64,000 bases of DNA from an uncultured virus (IMG/VR IMGVR_UViG_3300030329_003992) (Duplodnaviria > Heunggongvirae > Uroviricota > Caudoviricetes): IMG/VR virus record IMGVR_UViG_3300030329_003992; one strand, given 5' to 3'. This document shows positions 32,401 through 41,100 of this stretch, piece after piece (positions within the stretch are counted from its first letter, which is position 1; every line of letters starts with the position of its first letter). The notes below the pieces were generated by a model, which saw nothing but the letters and a program-made list of their open reading frames with translations, did not search any database and was not told the origin of the DNA. The translations under genes were made by a program, and so were the position numbers.

Positions 32401-34988
32401 TAAATTCTGCATCAAAAATAACAACCGCTGAAGCGAATGTGACTGTTGCTAATGTTGGAACCGCATACATTACAACCGCAGCAACAATATTTAAAGAAGA
32501 TGTTGAAGAAGCAAACATAACAGTCGCTAATGTTGGAACTCTTTATGCTACAAGCGTTACAGCAAGTTCTATTGATGCTACAATTTCTGGTGATATTAAA
32601 ACTAGTACAATTAAAGCATCAGATGATACCACTTCATTAACTATAGCAGATAGTACTGGAAAAGTAACAGTAAGTTCCGCAATAACAATTCCTGAAGCAA
32701 ATGTAACAGTCGCTAATGTAGCAACAATGTATGTTACAGAAAATGCTACTATAGCAACTGCTAAAGTTTCTGACTTAACTGAAACTAGAGTAGTTCTGGC
32801 AGGAACAGATGGTGAACTTGAAGATCACGCAAGTTTAACTTTTGATGGTACAACACTTGATTCTGCAGTAAGAATTACTACACCTGAAGCAAATGTTACA
32901 GTTGCTAATGTAGGTACACTTTATGCAACAACCAATGCGGTAATTAATAAAGAAGATGTTTCAGAAGCAAATATCACGGTTGCTAATGTATCCACACTTT
33001 ATGTAACAAATGAAGCAGTATTACCTGGAATTAATGTTACTAAAATAGATGTTCCAGAAGCAAATATAACAGTTGCCAATGTTGGAACTGCATATATTAC
33101 AACTGGTTCAGTTATAAATGAAGCGAATATTACAGTAGCAAATGTCACCACATTATATGCATCTGGTGCAACAATTGATGATATCACAACCAACAAAGGA
33201 ATAGTTGTTGGAGAAAATTTAACTGTATCTGGAAACTTAACTGTATCTGGAACCACTACAACAATTTCTTCAACTACAATTAATGTAGATGATAAAAATT
33301 TAGAATTAGGTGCGGTCGATACACCTACAGATACTACAGCAGATGGTGGTGGTATTACACTTAAAGGTGCAACAGATAAAACTTTTAATTGGGTTGATTC
33401 TACTGATTCTTGGACATCTTCAGAAAATTTAGATTTAGCATCTGGTAAAACAATTAAAATTAATGGAACAGATATCCTAAGTTCAACTACTTTGGGATCT
33501 GGTGTAACATCATCTTCTCTTACATCTTTAGGAACAATAGCAAGTTTAAATGCAACATATGCTAACTTAACAAAATTTGATGCACCAGAAGCAAATCTAA
33601 CAGTCGCTAATGTAGGTACATTATATGCTTCAACATTTAATGTAGATGATCTTACAGCAGATTCAGTTACAGTCGGTTCTGGAACAACTCATATAAGATC
33701 AAGCGAAATAAATGTATCAACATTAAATGTTGTAACAATTCATACCACAACAGAAGGCACAATTGCAGGTCGTGATCAAAGGGGAGGCCATGCAATTATT
33801 TCTGGTGGTGTAGTACACGCATCTGCACAACTTGCTGCAAATACTGTAGCTGGTGCGGGTCTTCCACATTTTAAAGTTACAGTAGGAAATAAAACAGCAA
33901 AAAATCCTTACTATAATAAAGGTGGATCAAAATGTTATTATATTGATGGAATAGAACAACCAACTTTACAACTTGGTCCTGGTAAATATGTTTTTGATAC
34001 TTCTGATTCTTCATTGGCGGCAGAAACACCTGGAGATGAAAATACTAATCATCATATGAAGTTTTATACTCATAATGATAAAACCAGAAGACTCTATAGT
34101 ATGACAGAAGATGGTATGAATAGAGCAATGTACACTGGTGATGATTGGAATGGACATACTTTTCATTGGCATGATGGACCTGTTGGTACAGCAAATTCTC
34201 ATACACACTTAGAAATTGGTTATTGGACTTATGGAAATAATGAAACTCCTGCGGGATTAGCACAAATTTCATATCAATGTAATAACCATGATTTCATGGG
34301 ATCGACTGTAGACATTGTTGGTTCCGCTAATGGTATTTTTTATAATAGAGCAGAATTAACTACAACTAATATTACTACTGCGAATATTGAGACACTATAT
34401 GTAACAAGTAAACTTGGCGGTTCCGCGACCGGAATGGGCGAAGCTTCATGTGTACCAGAAGCAAATATTACTGTAGCTAATGTTGCGACACTTTATGTTA
34501 CAGAAAAACTTGCGGCACAGCAAGAAGCGAATATTTCTGTAGCAAACATTGTTACTCTTTATGCAACTACTTCAACTACAGATGTTGCAATATCAAACAT
34601 TTCAAATGTTGTAACAGTAAATGCAGCAACTGCTTATGTCTCTTCAGTTGTATCTGATAGTTTAACGTCTGGTAGAGTTATAATAGCAGGAACTGGTGGG
34701 GTATTAGAAGATAATGGTAATCTTACTTTTGATGGAACTACATTAGATTCTGCAGCAAGAATTACTACACCAGAAGCAAATATTCAAGTTGCTAATGTTG
34801 GTACTGTTCATGTTACTTCTGGAATAAATATTCCCGAGGGAGGTATTACTTTAACTCAATATGGTGGAGCTTTAAGTTCTTCAACTAATAAATTATGGGC
34901 TAATTCAACAGGAGCATTTTTTGGTACAACCAGAATTGATGGAGCAACTGTAGATGATGCCACCGCTTTGGCAATAGCACTAGGATAG
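29421..34988 (+). CDS. Long beta-helical tail fibre protein (1855 aa)
   Basis: About 25-30 EANITVANV-type repeats; GNLTVxG/VDDKNLEL/ADGAGI modules; DLTSGRVV modules; DDATALAIALG end. Confidence 0.8.
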   Translation: MAAFLKASADAGLSVQALAAGEDSEVQFNQADNLGASTNFRYLRLTAKLILGATDSPGYFNVATVNASTLKTNTLQKSDAGDGHLTANIDTGNVTTLFVTSVFETPEANITVANVGTIYNTSRIETPEANITTANVITLYATSKAETPEANITVANVDTLYLTTYGDINKVDISEANVTVANIATAYIENLTIDTQLQVGSSSTIITEDKVDAEQVNSTTANIATAYITSKGEINEANITVANVSTLYVTGPTNFQDSLYVGQNIEITGNLTVFGDTTTIESTTITVDDKNLELASVASPTDTTADGAGITIKGATDKTILYTDGTKSFDLNQQLNVNADGATEIRIDGTRLANSTNINVDSINLNIANVETINVVTAYVTGTLDVPKIDVEEANATVANIATAYITTNAVINKEDVEESNVTVANIATAYVTTSTIADATLSTAKVSDLTATRVTFAGTDGELTDDAELSFVSPRLTAGEFTTPEANLTVANVGTLFVSGDATVHGDITIGGEINLGDADTDSLTIAADLTSHIIPNATDTYDLGTDAKRWKDIYLSGASHAATKITTPEANITVANVATIYVTESMSVPKLGTDEANVTVANISTAYITTNAVIEKEDVNESNVLVSNTATLYVTTAATVADATLTTAKVSDLTSGRVVLAGTDGEIEDSSNLTFDGTTLDSAARITTPEANITVANVGTLYATTLDVPKLDTDEANVLVANIGTLYATTEVVTGTIKASDGTSAITIADSTGKVTLSGDLQVDGTTTTLNSTTLDVDDINITVAKGAADGAAADGAGLNVDGAGATLTYTDSTKSWDVNQQFNINASGATELRLEGTRLANTTNINIDSIDLNIANIETANVGTIYNTKRIESPEVNVTVANVATLYVTSSATIPTISSDKISTPEANITIANVTTAYITTNAVIEKEDVNEANVLVSNTGTLYVTTAATVADATLTTAKVSDLTSGRVVLAGADGEIEDSDSLTFDGTTLNSASKITTAEANVTVANVGTAYITTAATIFKEDVEEANITVANVGTLYATSVTASSIDATISGDIKTSTIKASDDTTSLTIADSTGKVTVSSAITIPEANVTVANVATMYVTENATIATAKVSDLTETRVVLAGTDGELEDHASLTFDGTTLDSAVRITTPEANVTVANVGTLYATTNAVINKEDVSEANITVANVSTLYVTNEAVLPGINVTKIDVPEANITVANVGTAYITTGSVINEANITVANVTTLYASGATIDDITTNKGIVVGENLTVSGNLTVSGTTTTISSTTINVDDKNLELGAVDTPTDTTADGGGITLKGATDKTFNWVDSTDSWTSSENLDLASGKTIKINGTDILSSTTLGSGVTSSSLTSLGTIASLNATYANLTKFDAPEANLTVANVGTLYASTFNVDDLTADSVTVGSGTTHIRSSEINVSTLNVVTIHTTTEGTIAGRDQRGGHAIISGGVVHASAQLAANTVAGAGLPHFKVTVGNKTAKNPYYNKGGSKCYYIDGIEQPTLQLGPGKYVFDTSDSSLAAETPGDENTNHHMKFYTHNDKTRRLYSMTEDGMNRAMYTGDDWNGHTFHWHDGPVGTANSHTHLEIGYWTYGNNETPAGLAQISYQCNNHDFMGSTVDIVGSANGIFYNRAELTTTNITTANIETLYVTSKLGGSATGMGEASCVPEANITVANVATLYVTEKLAAQQEANISVANIVTLYATTSTTDVAISNISNVVTVNAATAYVSSVVSDSLTSGRVIIAGTGGVLEDNGNLTFDGTTLDSAARITTPEANIQVANVGTVHVTSGINIPEGGITLTQYGGALSSSTNKLWANSTGAFFGTTRIDGATVDDATALAIALG
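29731..34800 (+). repeat. Dispersed EANITVANVxTLY coding repeats
   Basis: Recurrent GAAGCAAATxTxACxGTxGCxAAT-like DNA, 5-residue periodicity in protein. Confidence 0.85.
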
Positions 34989-34992
34989 AATT

Positions 34993-35373
34993 ATGGCAAA
35001 TACATTCAAAGTAAAAACATTAAGCGCAATAAAATCAGATTCTGCAGATACTTTATACAGTTGTGCACAATCTACAACGGCAGTTTTATTGGGTTTGACA
35101 GTTACAAATACAAATACATCAACAGCAATTACTTGTACTGCTACGTTAGAATCAGATACAGCAGAAACTAAAACAGTTGCGTCAGCAGATGATACAACTG
35201 AAACAAATACAAATGTTACTCTTTTACCAGCAACAGAAATTCCAATAGCATCTTCTCTTGAATTTTTCTCTGGTCAAAAAGTAGTATTACAAGCAACAGA
35301 CAAATTAAAAGTACAAACAAATAAATCAGGTTTATCAATGGATTGTACTTTAAGTTTAATGGAAATTACCTAA
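34993..35373 (+). CDS. Small fibre connector protein (MANTFK type)
   Basis: MANTFK start, IPxxSSLE...KVVL...DKL, SLMEIT end; follows the ALAIALG-terminated fibre. Confidence 0.65.
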   Translation: MANTFKVKTLSAIKSDSADTLYSCAQSTTAVLLGLTVTNTNTSTAITCTATLESDTAETKTVASADDTTETNTNVTLLPATEIPIASSLEFFSGQKVVLQATDKLKVQTNKSGLSMDCTLSLMEIT

Positions 35374-36164
35374 TGAAATTTATAGGTTCTGAATTCAGCA
35401 CAAATATTGGTCATTTCGCAATGCGTGCACCAGTAGCAAATACTACTGATGGTGCAAGCTTTGGTTTTTCATCTGCGGGTGAACATATGATCAGAATTGA
35501 TTCAACAGGAGTATTTTTAGCAAATGCAACTATTGCGGGTGACTTAACAGTACAAGGAACTACAAGTTCACAAGGAGAATCAGAATCCTCTGATATTGTT
35601 TTGACACCTGGTTCAGCACCTACTTCAACAACAAATAAATTATATAATCTAAGTTCAGGTGGATTAACTTTTTCAGGTTCAAAAGTAATAACCACAACTG
35701 CGACACCTGGTGCAGCACAAATATATTTTGGTGATGATAATGGAGATATAATAACATCATCCAATTGCCAGTTTAATTTAACATCTACAAATGTATTAAC
35801 AATTACTGGTGATATTAGTGCAACAGGTGACCTTATAACAGAAGCATCTGATTCAAGATTAAAAGATGTTTCAGGTGTTATAACAGACGGGTTAAGCAGA
35901 ATTGAAAATATTAATCCAGTTGAATTTAAATGGAATGAAGAAGCACAAACCAAATATGATGCAGATGATAATCCTCATGTTGGTTTAATTGCACAAGAAG
36001 TTGAAGCAACGGTTCCAGAAATAGTTAAACCATCTCCATGGAATGGACAATACAAAACATTACAATATGAAAAAATGGTTCCAATATTATTATCAGCCAT
36101 TAAAGAATTGAATGAAAAGGTAGAAAAACTAGAACAACAATTGGAAAAACATAACCATGAATAG
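35373..36164 (+). CDS. Tail fibre protein with C-terminal peptidase S74 intramolecular chaperone
   Basis: ASDSRLK, PVEFKW, GLIAQEVE, YEKMVPILLSAIKEL; start placed at the TAATG overlap. Confidence 0.88.
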   Translation: MKFIGSEFSTNIGHFAMRAPVANTTDGASFGFSSAGEHMIRIDSTGVFLANATIAGDLTVQGTTSSQGESESSDIVLTPGSAPTSTTNKLYNLSSGGLTFSGSKVITTTATPGAAQIYFGDDNGDIITSSNCQFNLTSTNVLTITGDISATGDLITEASDSRLKDVSGVITDGLSRIENINPVEFKWNEEAQTKYDADDNPHVGLIAQEVEATVPEIVKPSPWNGQYKTLQYEKMVPILLSAIKELNEKVEKLEQQLEKHNHE

Positions 36165-37380
36165 GCAAATAGAATATAGTCCAACTTTAAATGATAAATG
36201 TTTTCCATTAATTGAAGTTGATGAAAATGTAGTTACAATAAAACTTTTCATGGATGTTTTTGATGGAGATGCAGTAGAGCATAAAGCAGGAGGATTGCCA
36301 CCACTAGGATATAATTATGCAAATAATGTATCTGGACATACTGTGATGACAAGACATAATCTTCATATTAGTGAAGGTCAAACTTATGAAATTTTTAATG
36401 GTGATATTTGGGCAGATGATGCATCAAAACAAGGAAGATGGTTTAAATTTGTTGGTGGAGCTCAAATAAAAAGAAGTGAAGATAAAAAATATGTACAATT
36501 TAGAACAACAGTTTTTGATAGAAATATGGAAGATCCGTCTGAAGGATATGAAGTAGGAAAACCTGATACTCCTGAATGGATAGATTGTTCTTTTTGGTCA
36601 TTTGATTATTCCTTTTCTGGAATGAATTTCTTTTCACCATATAATTTATTATTAGAAACCAAATCATCCCGTATGTCAGGTATGAGACATGAAGCAAGAC
36701 AAAATTTTGTTTTTAAACCTGTACAAACACAACACATTGAAGGTAAAACATATTATTCTACTTCAGAATTTTCTAAAAGAATTGGTGGAATGTTTTTGTT
36801 TGATAAAGATGATGATTTTAGAAATGCTTCTTGGTTTGTTAAAACATATGGAACTCCAAATGATGTTGATACTTCATATTATAAACCAGAAGGTGATATA
36901 GCAGATTCATTGTGGAGAAGAAATGATCAACTTTTAGTTAATTATCAGCAACTTCCAAATCCTGCTATTCATTTACAAATGCCAGAGACAGTCCAAAGAG
37001 ATGCATTAGTAAAAGGAAAAATTTCATTAATAGATATAAGCGATCAATTGTTGATGGAAAATGGTGATATTTTTATTACTGATGGTGTTCAAGAATCAAA
37101 TATAGATATAAATTGGCCAAGTGATTATATAGATTCAAACACAAAAGAAGCTGTAAATTCTTATGTTTACAATAAAGATGTTACAGTTTATATAAAAACA
37201 GATTCAGGATATATTTCTAAAAATAAAATAAATTTAATTAATGGTAAGGGTGAATTTTATTTTAGAGCATTGGATTTACAAATAGATGATGAAGCAGAAA
37301 TAAAAATAGGATTTAAAACTTTTAGTAATGTTTTAAGTCATACAATAAAAGTAAATTCAGGGTCAATGGGGAGTCAGTAA
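36157..37380 (+). CDS. Hypothetical tail-associated protein with beta-rich C-terminal domain
   Basis: 407 aa ORF between fibre genes; C-terminal GYISKNKI...GKGEFYFRALDL...KIGFK. Confidence 0.55.
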   Translation: MNRQIEYSPTLNDKCFPLIEVDENVVTIKLFMDVFDGDAVEHKAGGLPPLGYNYANNVSGHTVMTRHNLHISEGQTYEIFNGDIWADDASKQGRWFKFVGGAQIKRSEDKKYVQFRTTVFDRNMEDPSEGYEVGKPDTPEWIDCSFWSFDYSFSGMNFFSPYNLLLETKSSRMSGMRHEARQNFVFKPVQTQHIEGKTYYSTSEFSKRIGGMFLFDKDDDFRNASWFVKTYGTPNDVDTSYYKPEGDIADSLWRRNDQLLVNYQQLPNPAIHLQMPETVQRDALVKGKISLIDISDQLLMENGDIFITDGVQESNIDINWPSDYIDSNTKEAVNSYVYNKDVTVYIKTDSGYISKNKINLINGKGEFYFRALDLQIDDEAEIKIGFKTFSNVLSHTIKVNSGSMGSQ

Positions 37381-37964
37381 TGGCTTTTAAGGTAGGAACA
37401 ACCACAATAGTAGATCACCCATTAGATGTCCATTTAATCGATTTTAAAGCAGTAGTTCATGATGATTTTTCTACATATTCTGATGAGACGTGGAAATGTG
37501 AAGATAAAATTATAGCACAATTTAAATTTTGCAAATGTTCAAATGCATTTGGTGTAGTTTGTCCTAGTTATCCAACTTGGGGATATGATCAAACTGGTAA
37601 TTGTAATCCAATTAACGCTGGTGACATGCCAGCACATTATAGTCATCATAGAAGTCAACCCCCAGAAACAAATTTTCATACTTATTGGTGTTGTATATCA
37701 TGCACTTGTGCTTTAAATGCGACTTGTTCAGGTTGTATTTGTCATTGTTATAAATCTTGGGCAAGTACTACCGCAGATGGGTTTTTGTACTTTTTTGATT
37801 TATGTGAATCTTTTCAAAACATATGTCCAGGGTTTTGGAAGACAGGAGGATATGGTAATTCTTTTCAATTGGACGAATATGATTTAGATAAAAGTGGTTA
37901 TTTTATTTGTGACAGATATTGTACCGCAAAAGGATTTGGTGTAACACAAAACCCAGGGACATAA
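37380..37964 (+). CDS. Cys-rich fibre-like protein (17 Cys in 194 aa)
   Basis: MAFKVG start; CKC, CCISCTC, CICHC; TAATG-coupled. Confidence 0.65.
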   Translation: MAFKVGTTTIVDHPLDVHLIDFKAVVHDDFSTYSDETWKCEDKIIAQFKFCKCSNAFGVVCPSYPTWGYDQTGNCNPINAGDMPAHYSHHRSQPPETNFHTYWCCISCTCALNATCSGCICHCYKSWASTTADGFLYFFDLCESFQNICPGFWKTGGYGNSFQLDEYDLDKSGYFICDRYCTAKGFGVTQNPGT

Positions 37965-37966
37965 CT

Positions 37967-39562
37967 ATGGCATTTAAAATTAATAACAAATATTTATATT
38001 CTACTGCGTTTGATGGTACTTCTGATAAAAGTTCACCAGTTATGCCGTTTGCAAAAACAGATGGTACATTTCCTATAGTTAATAGTTCCGTTACTACTTG
38101 TTTAGCTCCACCACCAGCTTGTTCTCCTACTTCATCTCTTGGATCTGGAACCGCTAGAAGATTTATGTCTAATAGAGATGGTGATGTAGCAACTGCAGAT
38201 GTTTCTCCATTTACTTATTTTAGAAAATTACAATGTGATATGGCAACTGGTGGGTCAAATCCAAATGGAGAAAATTTTTGTTTAGTTTCTCTTGATGATG
38301 TGGTAGGTTATGATGGGGGTGAATATGGGGGAGTTTCATCAACTACAAATTTTGTTGATCCAAACAATACATCAAACTTTCTTTTACCACCAATCCAATG
38401 TCAATCATCTGGTAGTAGAAAACTAAGTAATCTTTTTCACGGTTGGGCTGAGTCTGATTATGCAAGAAATTGGTTAGGAATTAATGGACCTCTCGGTGGA
38501 CCAAGAGCTGATCCAGTAGGAACTAGCGGATCAGGGCATGGATGTCGAGATTTTCCAGATTTATGTAAAGGTTCTTTGTGGGTTACGCCTTGGGGTTATA
38601 AAAAATATTCAGCAGAAATGACTTCATTTTATACTCATAGTGTAGGTGATTACGTAGAAACTTCTACTGGCAATGTTACAGCTAACAAATGTTGTGGAAC
38701 AATAACAAATGGTTCTGTAATGTGGAGAAATTGTTTCCACAATGCAACAAATTTTTTATGGCAACGTTGGACATCTGGTTACGGGGTAGATAGTACTAAT
38801 AGTCAAGTTACACCTGCTAGATTTGAATCTGGATGTGGTTCTATGGCAGTTGATGGTGGATCTCCATTTGCAGCAAAAAGATTCATGACGAGGATTTCTG
38901 TTGGTAGATGGGCTCCAGGATATCAAGTTAGACAAAATTGGTCTGGTTGTTGGCAGACTACAGATGAAACTTCAATTGATGGAGTAACTTCTTCTCCAAG
39001 TCAAATTCTTCCAGATAATTCTTACATTACAGGATGCCATGACAAAGGATCTAATTGTTTAAATTCAGGAAATTTTTCTTCTTATTCTTGGCATGGTGAA
39101 AACAAACTTTATGATCAATGGAATAATTGTAGTGCAACAAATAGTTGGGCGGTAGGGCAGCAATCAGCATGTGCGGATGGTACTTTTGATGGTGATTGGA
39201 TTTTTCCTCATTGTTATCATTGGCATGATCCGGCTCCACCAAAAGGGTTTCATGTTGGTATTGGATTTGAAGCGGATTTTAGTGATATTTGCTCTGATCG
39301 AGGATGCGCATCCCAAGGTGGAATGTATGGAATGATGGCAAATTCTATAATGTTAGAAAATCAATGGAATTTAACTTTCGCAACTTCATATCCTGCTAAT
39401 GTTGATTTTAAATATTGGAATGGAAATTTATGTTCATCTGGTGGATGTTGTAGTTTAGGAAAGGTTCCTCATTCTGGAACATTTTCACAAACAGCAAATA
39501 TTACTTTTAATTTTCAAAATAATGATGCTTGTTCTGGAATAACTTCTATAGCATATTCATAA
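37967..39562 (+). CDS. Cys/Trp/Gly/Ser-rich fibre-like protein
   Basis: Start placed at ATG 37967 (MAFKIN, like its neighbour); about 23 Cys and 17 Trp by hand count. Confidence 0.65.
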   Translation: MAFKINNKYLYSTAFDGTSDKSSPVMPFAKTDGTFPIVNSSVTTCLAPPPACSPTSSLGSGTARRFMSNRDGDVATADVSPFTYFRKLQCDMATGGSNPNGENFCLVSLDDVVGYDGGEYGGVSSTTNFVDPNNTSNFLLPPIQCQSSGSRKLSNLFHGWAESDYARNWLGINGPLGGPRADPVGTSGSGHGCRDFPDLCKGSLWVTPWGYKKYSAEMTSFYTHSVGDYVETSTGNVTANKCCGTITNGSVMWRNCFHNATNFLWQRWTSGYGVDSTNSQVTPARFESGCGSMAVDGGSPFAAKRFMTRISVGRWAPGYQVRQNWSGCWQTTDETSIDGVTSSPSQILPDNSYITGCHDKGSNCLNSGNFSSYSWHGENKLYDQWNNCSATNSWAVGQQSACADGTFDGDWIFPHCYHWHDPAPPKGFHVGIGFEADFSDICSDRGCASQGGMYGMMANSIMLENQWNLTFATSYPANVDFKYWNGNLCSSGGCCSLGKVPHSGTFSQTANITFNFQNNDACSGITSIAYS

Positions 39563-39599
39563 CAACTATATATACTATTAACATTGAGGAAAGTAAAAA

Positions 39600-40433
39600 A
39601 TGGCTTTAAGATTTGGTGATACTGGAAAAAATATAAGACGTGATTTAGAAGTTAAATCAGATGGTTCTGTCTCTGTTTCTGCACAGATGATAGATCCTAG
39701 AACAATTCCAGGTGCTTACATATCAGGACAATTTTTCTTAAATGGCGTTAATATTAGTTCCACTGGTGATAATACAGACACGCAGACAGGAGCTTCTTTA
39801 AGACCATATAGTATTACTGATATAGGATTATTACAATATTCTTCATCTTGGTCGACACATCACAATGTATTATCAATAAAATATTCAAGAAATTGTAACT
39901 GTAAATGCAAATGTCAATGTAAGTGTAAATGCAAATGTAAGTGTAAATGCAAATGTAAGTGTAAATGCAAGTGCAAATGCAAGTGTAAATGTAAATGTAA
40001 ATGTGCTTGTAAGTGCAAGTGTAAATGTAAGTGTAAATGTGCTTGTGCTTGTTGGAGTGATTCAAGACTTAAAAATAATATAGAAGGTATGGAAGATGAT
40101 CAAAGTCTTGAAAAAATAAAACAAATTCAAGCTATTATGTTTAAATATAATGAAAAAGGTTTAGAATTTTATGAGGATGGATTAGTTCAAGCTCCAGCAG
40201 AAGGAGAAGATAATCCAGATGCACCATTAACAGAAGTTGCTAATGAAAATACAGTACAACAATTAGGATTTATGGCAGAAGAAATTGAACAAGTATTTCC
40301 TGAAATTGTTGATATGGTAGAATTAGAAAATCAAGAGTACAGAGCAGTTACATATGTACAAATGATTCCTGTTTTGTTGGAAGCAATTAAACAATTAAAT
40401 AAAAAGGTGGAAGATTTAGAAGACAAGGAGTGA
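39600..40433 (+). CDS. (Cys-X) repeat protein fused to a peptidase S74 chaperone domain
   Basis: GAGG RBS; 27 alternating Cys directly followed by WSDSRLKNNI, FKYN, GFMAEEIE, YVQMIPVLLEAIKQL. Confidence 0.85.
   Translation: MALRFGDTGKNIRRDLEVKSDGSVSVSAQMIDPRTIPGAYISGQFFLNGVNISSTGDNTDTQTGASLRPYSITDIGLLQYSSSWSTHHNVLSIKYSRNCNCKCKCQCKCKCKCKCKCKCKCKCKCKCKCKCKCKCACKCKCKCKCKCACACWSDSRLKNNIEGMEDDQSLEKIKQIQAIMFKYNEKGLEFYEDGLVQAPAEGEDNPDAPLTEVANENTVQQLGFMAEEIEQVFPEIVDMVELENQEYRAVTYVQMIPVLLEAIKQLNKKVEDLEDKE
39894..40052 (+). repeat. Hexamer coding repeat (TGY-NNN) encoding 27 Cys with 21 Lys, 3 Ala, 1 Asn, 1 Gln between them
   Basis: Read directly; TGT/TGC and AAA/AAG vary, with a recurring 18-bp unit TGTAAGTGTAAATGCAAA. 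Confidence 0.97.
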
Positions 40434-40437
40434 TATT

Positions 40438-41094
40438 ATGAATATTATGACACTTAACAATTATGGTGTTAGAAAACCAAATCTTGTAATTTATGAAGGA
40501 TGTTTTGATGTAAAGCAATGTGATGAATTACAAGAGTTGCAAAAAGGCAGAGATATAATCAAAGCTGAAAATGATGAAATAGTTCTTTCTAATTATAGAC
40601 ATACAAAAGATTTATATTCTTATGATAAATGTTTTCTTGATGAGACGATACATGAAAAACAAGAAGGAGATAATCAACCAAAAGATATTGTTTCTAAACT
40701 TCCAGAAAATTTAGAAGAACATTTAATGCAATATGTTTTTGATGCAAATGTAAAACAATTTGGTTATGAAATTTGGGGTATGGAATCAGACCCAATTATA
40801 TTGACTTTTAAAGAAAATGATTACTATGATTTTCATGAAGATATTTTATGGTATGATAATGAACCGAATGATAGAAAATTAAAAGGTTATGTTTTTCTGT
40901 CAGATAACACTATTTGTAAAGGTGGAGATTTAGTTTTTGATAAACATGCTGAATTATCATCACCATTGGGTGCTTATAATGTAAGAGGAAATTTAATTTT
41001 ATTTCCATCTTTTTTAAGTTACGCTTTTACTAAAGTAAAACAAGGATTTTTCCAAGTTCTTACTTTTGATATTATTGGACCAAATTTGAAGTGA
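40438..41094 (+). CDS. PKHD/P4H-like 2OG-Fe(II) oxygenase homolog, distal His missing
   Basis: FHED, RKL, GGDL, FPSFLSY, GP end. Confidence 0.7.
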   Translation: MNIMTLNNYGVRKPNLVIYEGCFDVKQCDELQELQKGRDIIKAENDEIVLSNYRHTKDLYSYDKCFLDETIHEKQEGDNQPKDIVSKLPENLEEHLMQYVFDANVKQFGYEIWGMESDPIILTFKENDYYDFHEDILWYDNEPNDRKLKGYVFLSDNTICKGGDLVFDKHAELSSPLGAYNVRGNLILFPSFLSYAFTKVKQGFFQVLTFDIIGPNLK

Positions 41095-41100
41095 GGTATT

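Noticed and set aside
30710..35953. Long minus-strand ORFs (30710, 31322, 32258, 32999, 35411)
   Set aside because: Shadows of Thr/Ala/Val-rich fibre codons; no independent signals
39894..40052. Repeat as CRISPR array or non-coding microsatellite
   Set aside because: 6-bp period without spacers, in frame within a CDS, variation mostly synonymous
39814..40065. Minus-strand ORF with YIYT/CIC repeats
   Set aside because: Antisense shadow of the Cys-Lys repeat; no RBS and opposite to all real genes
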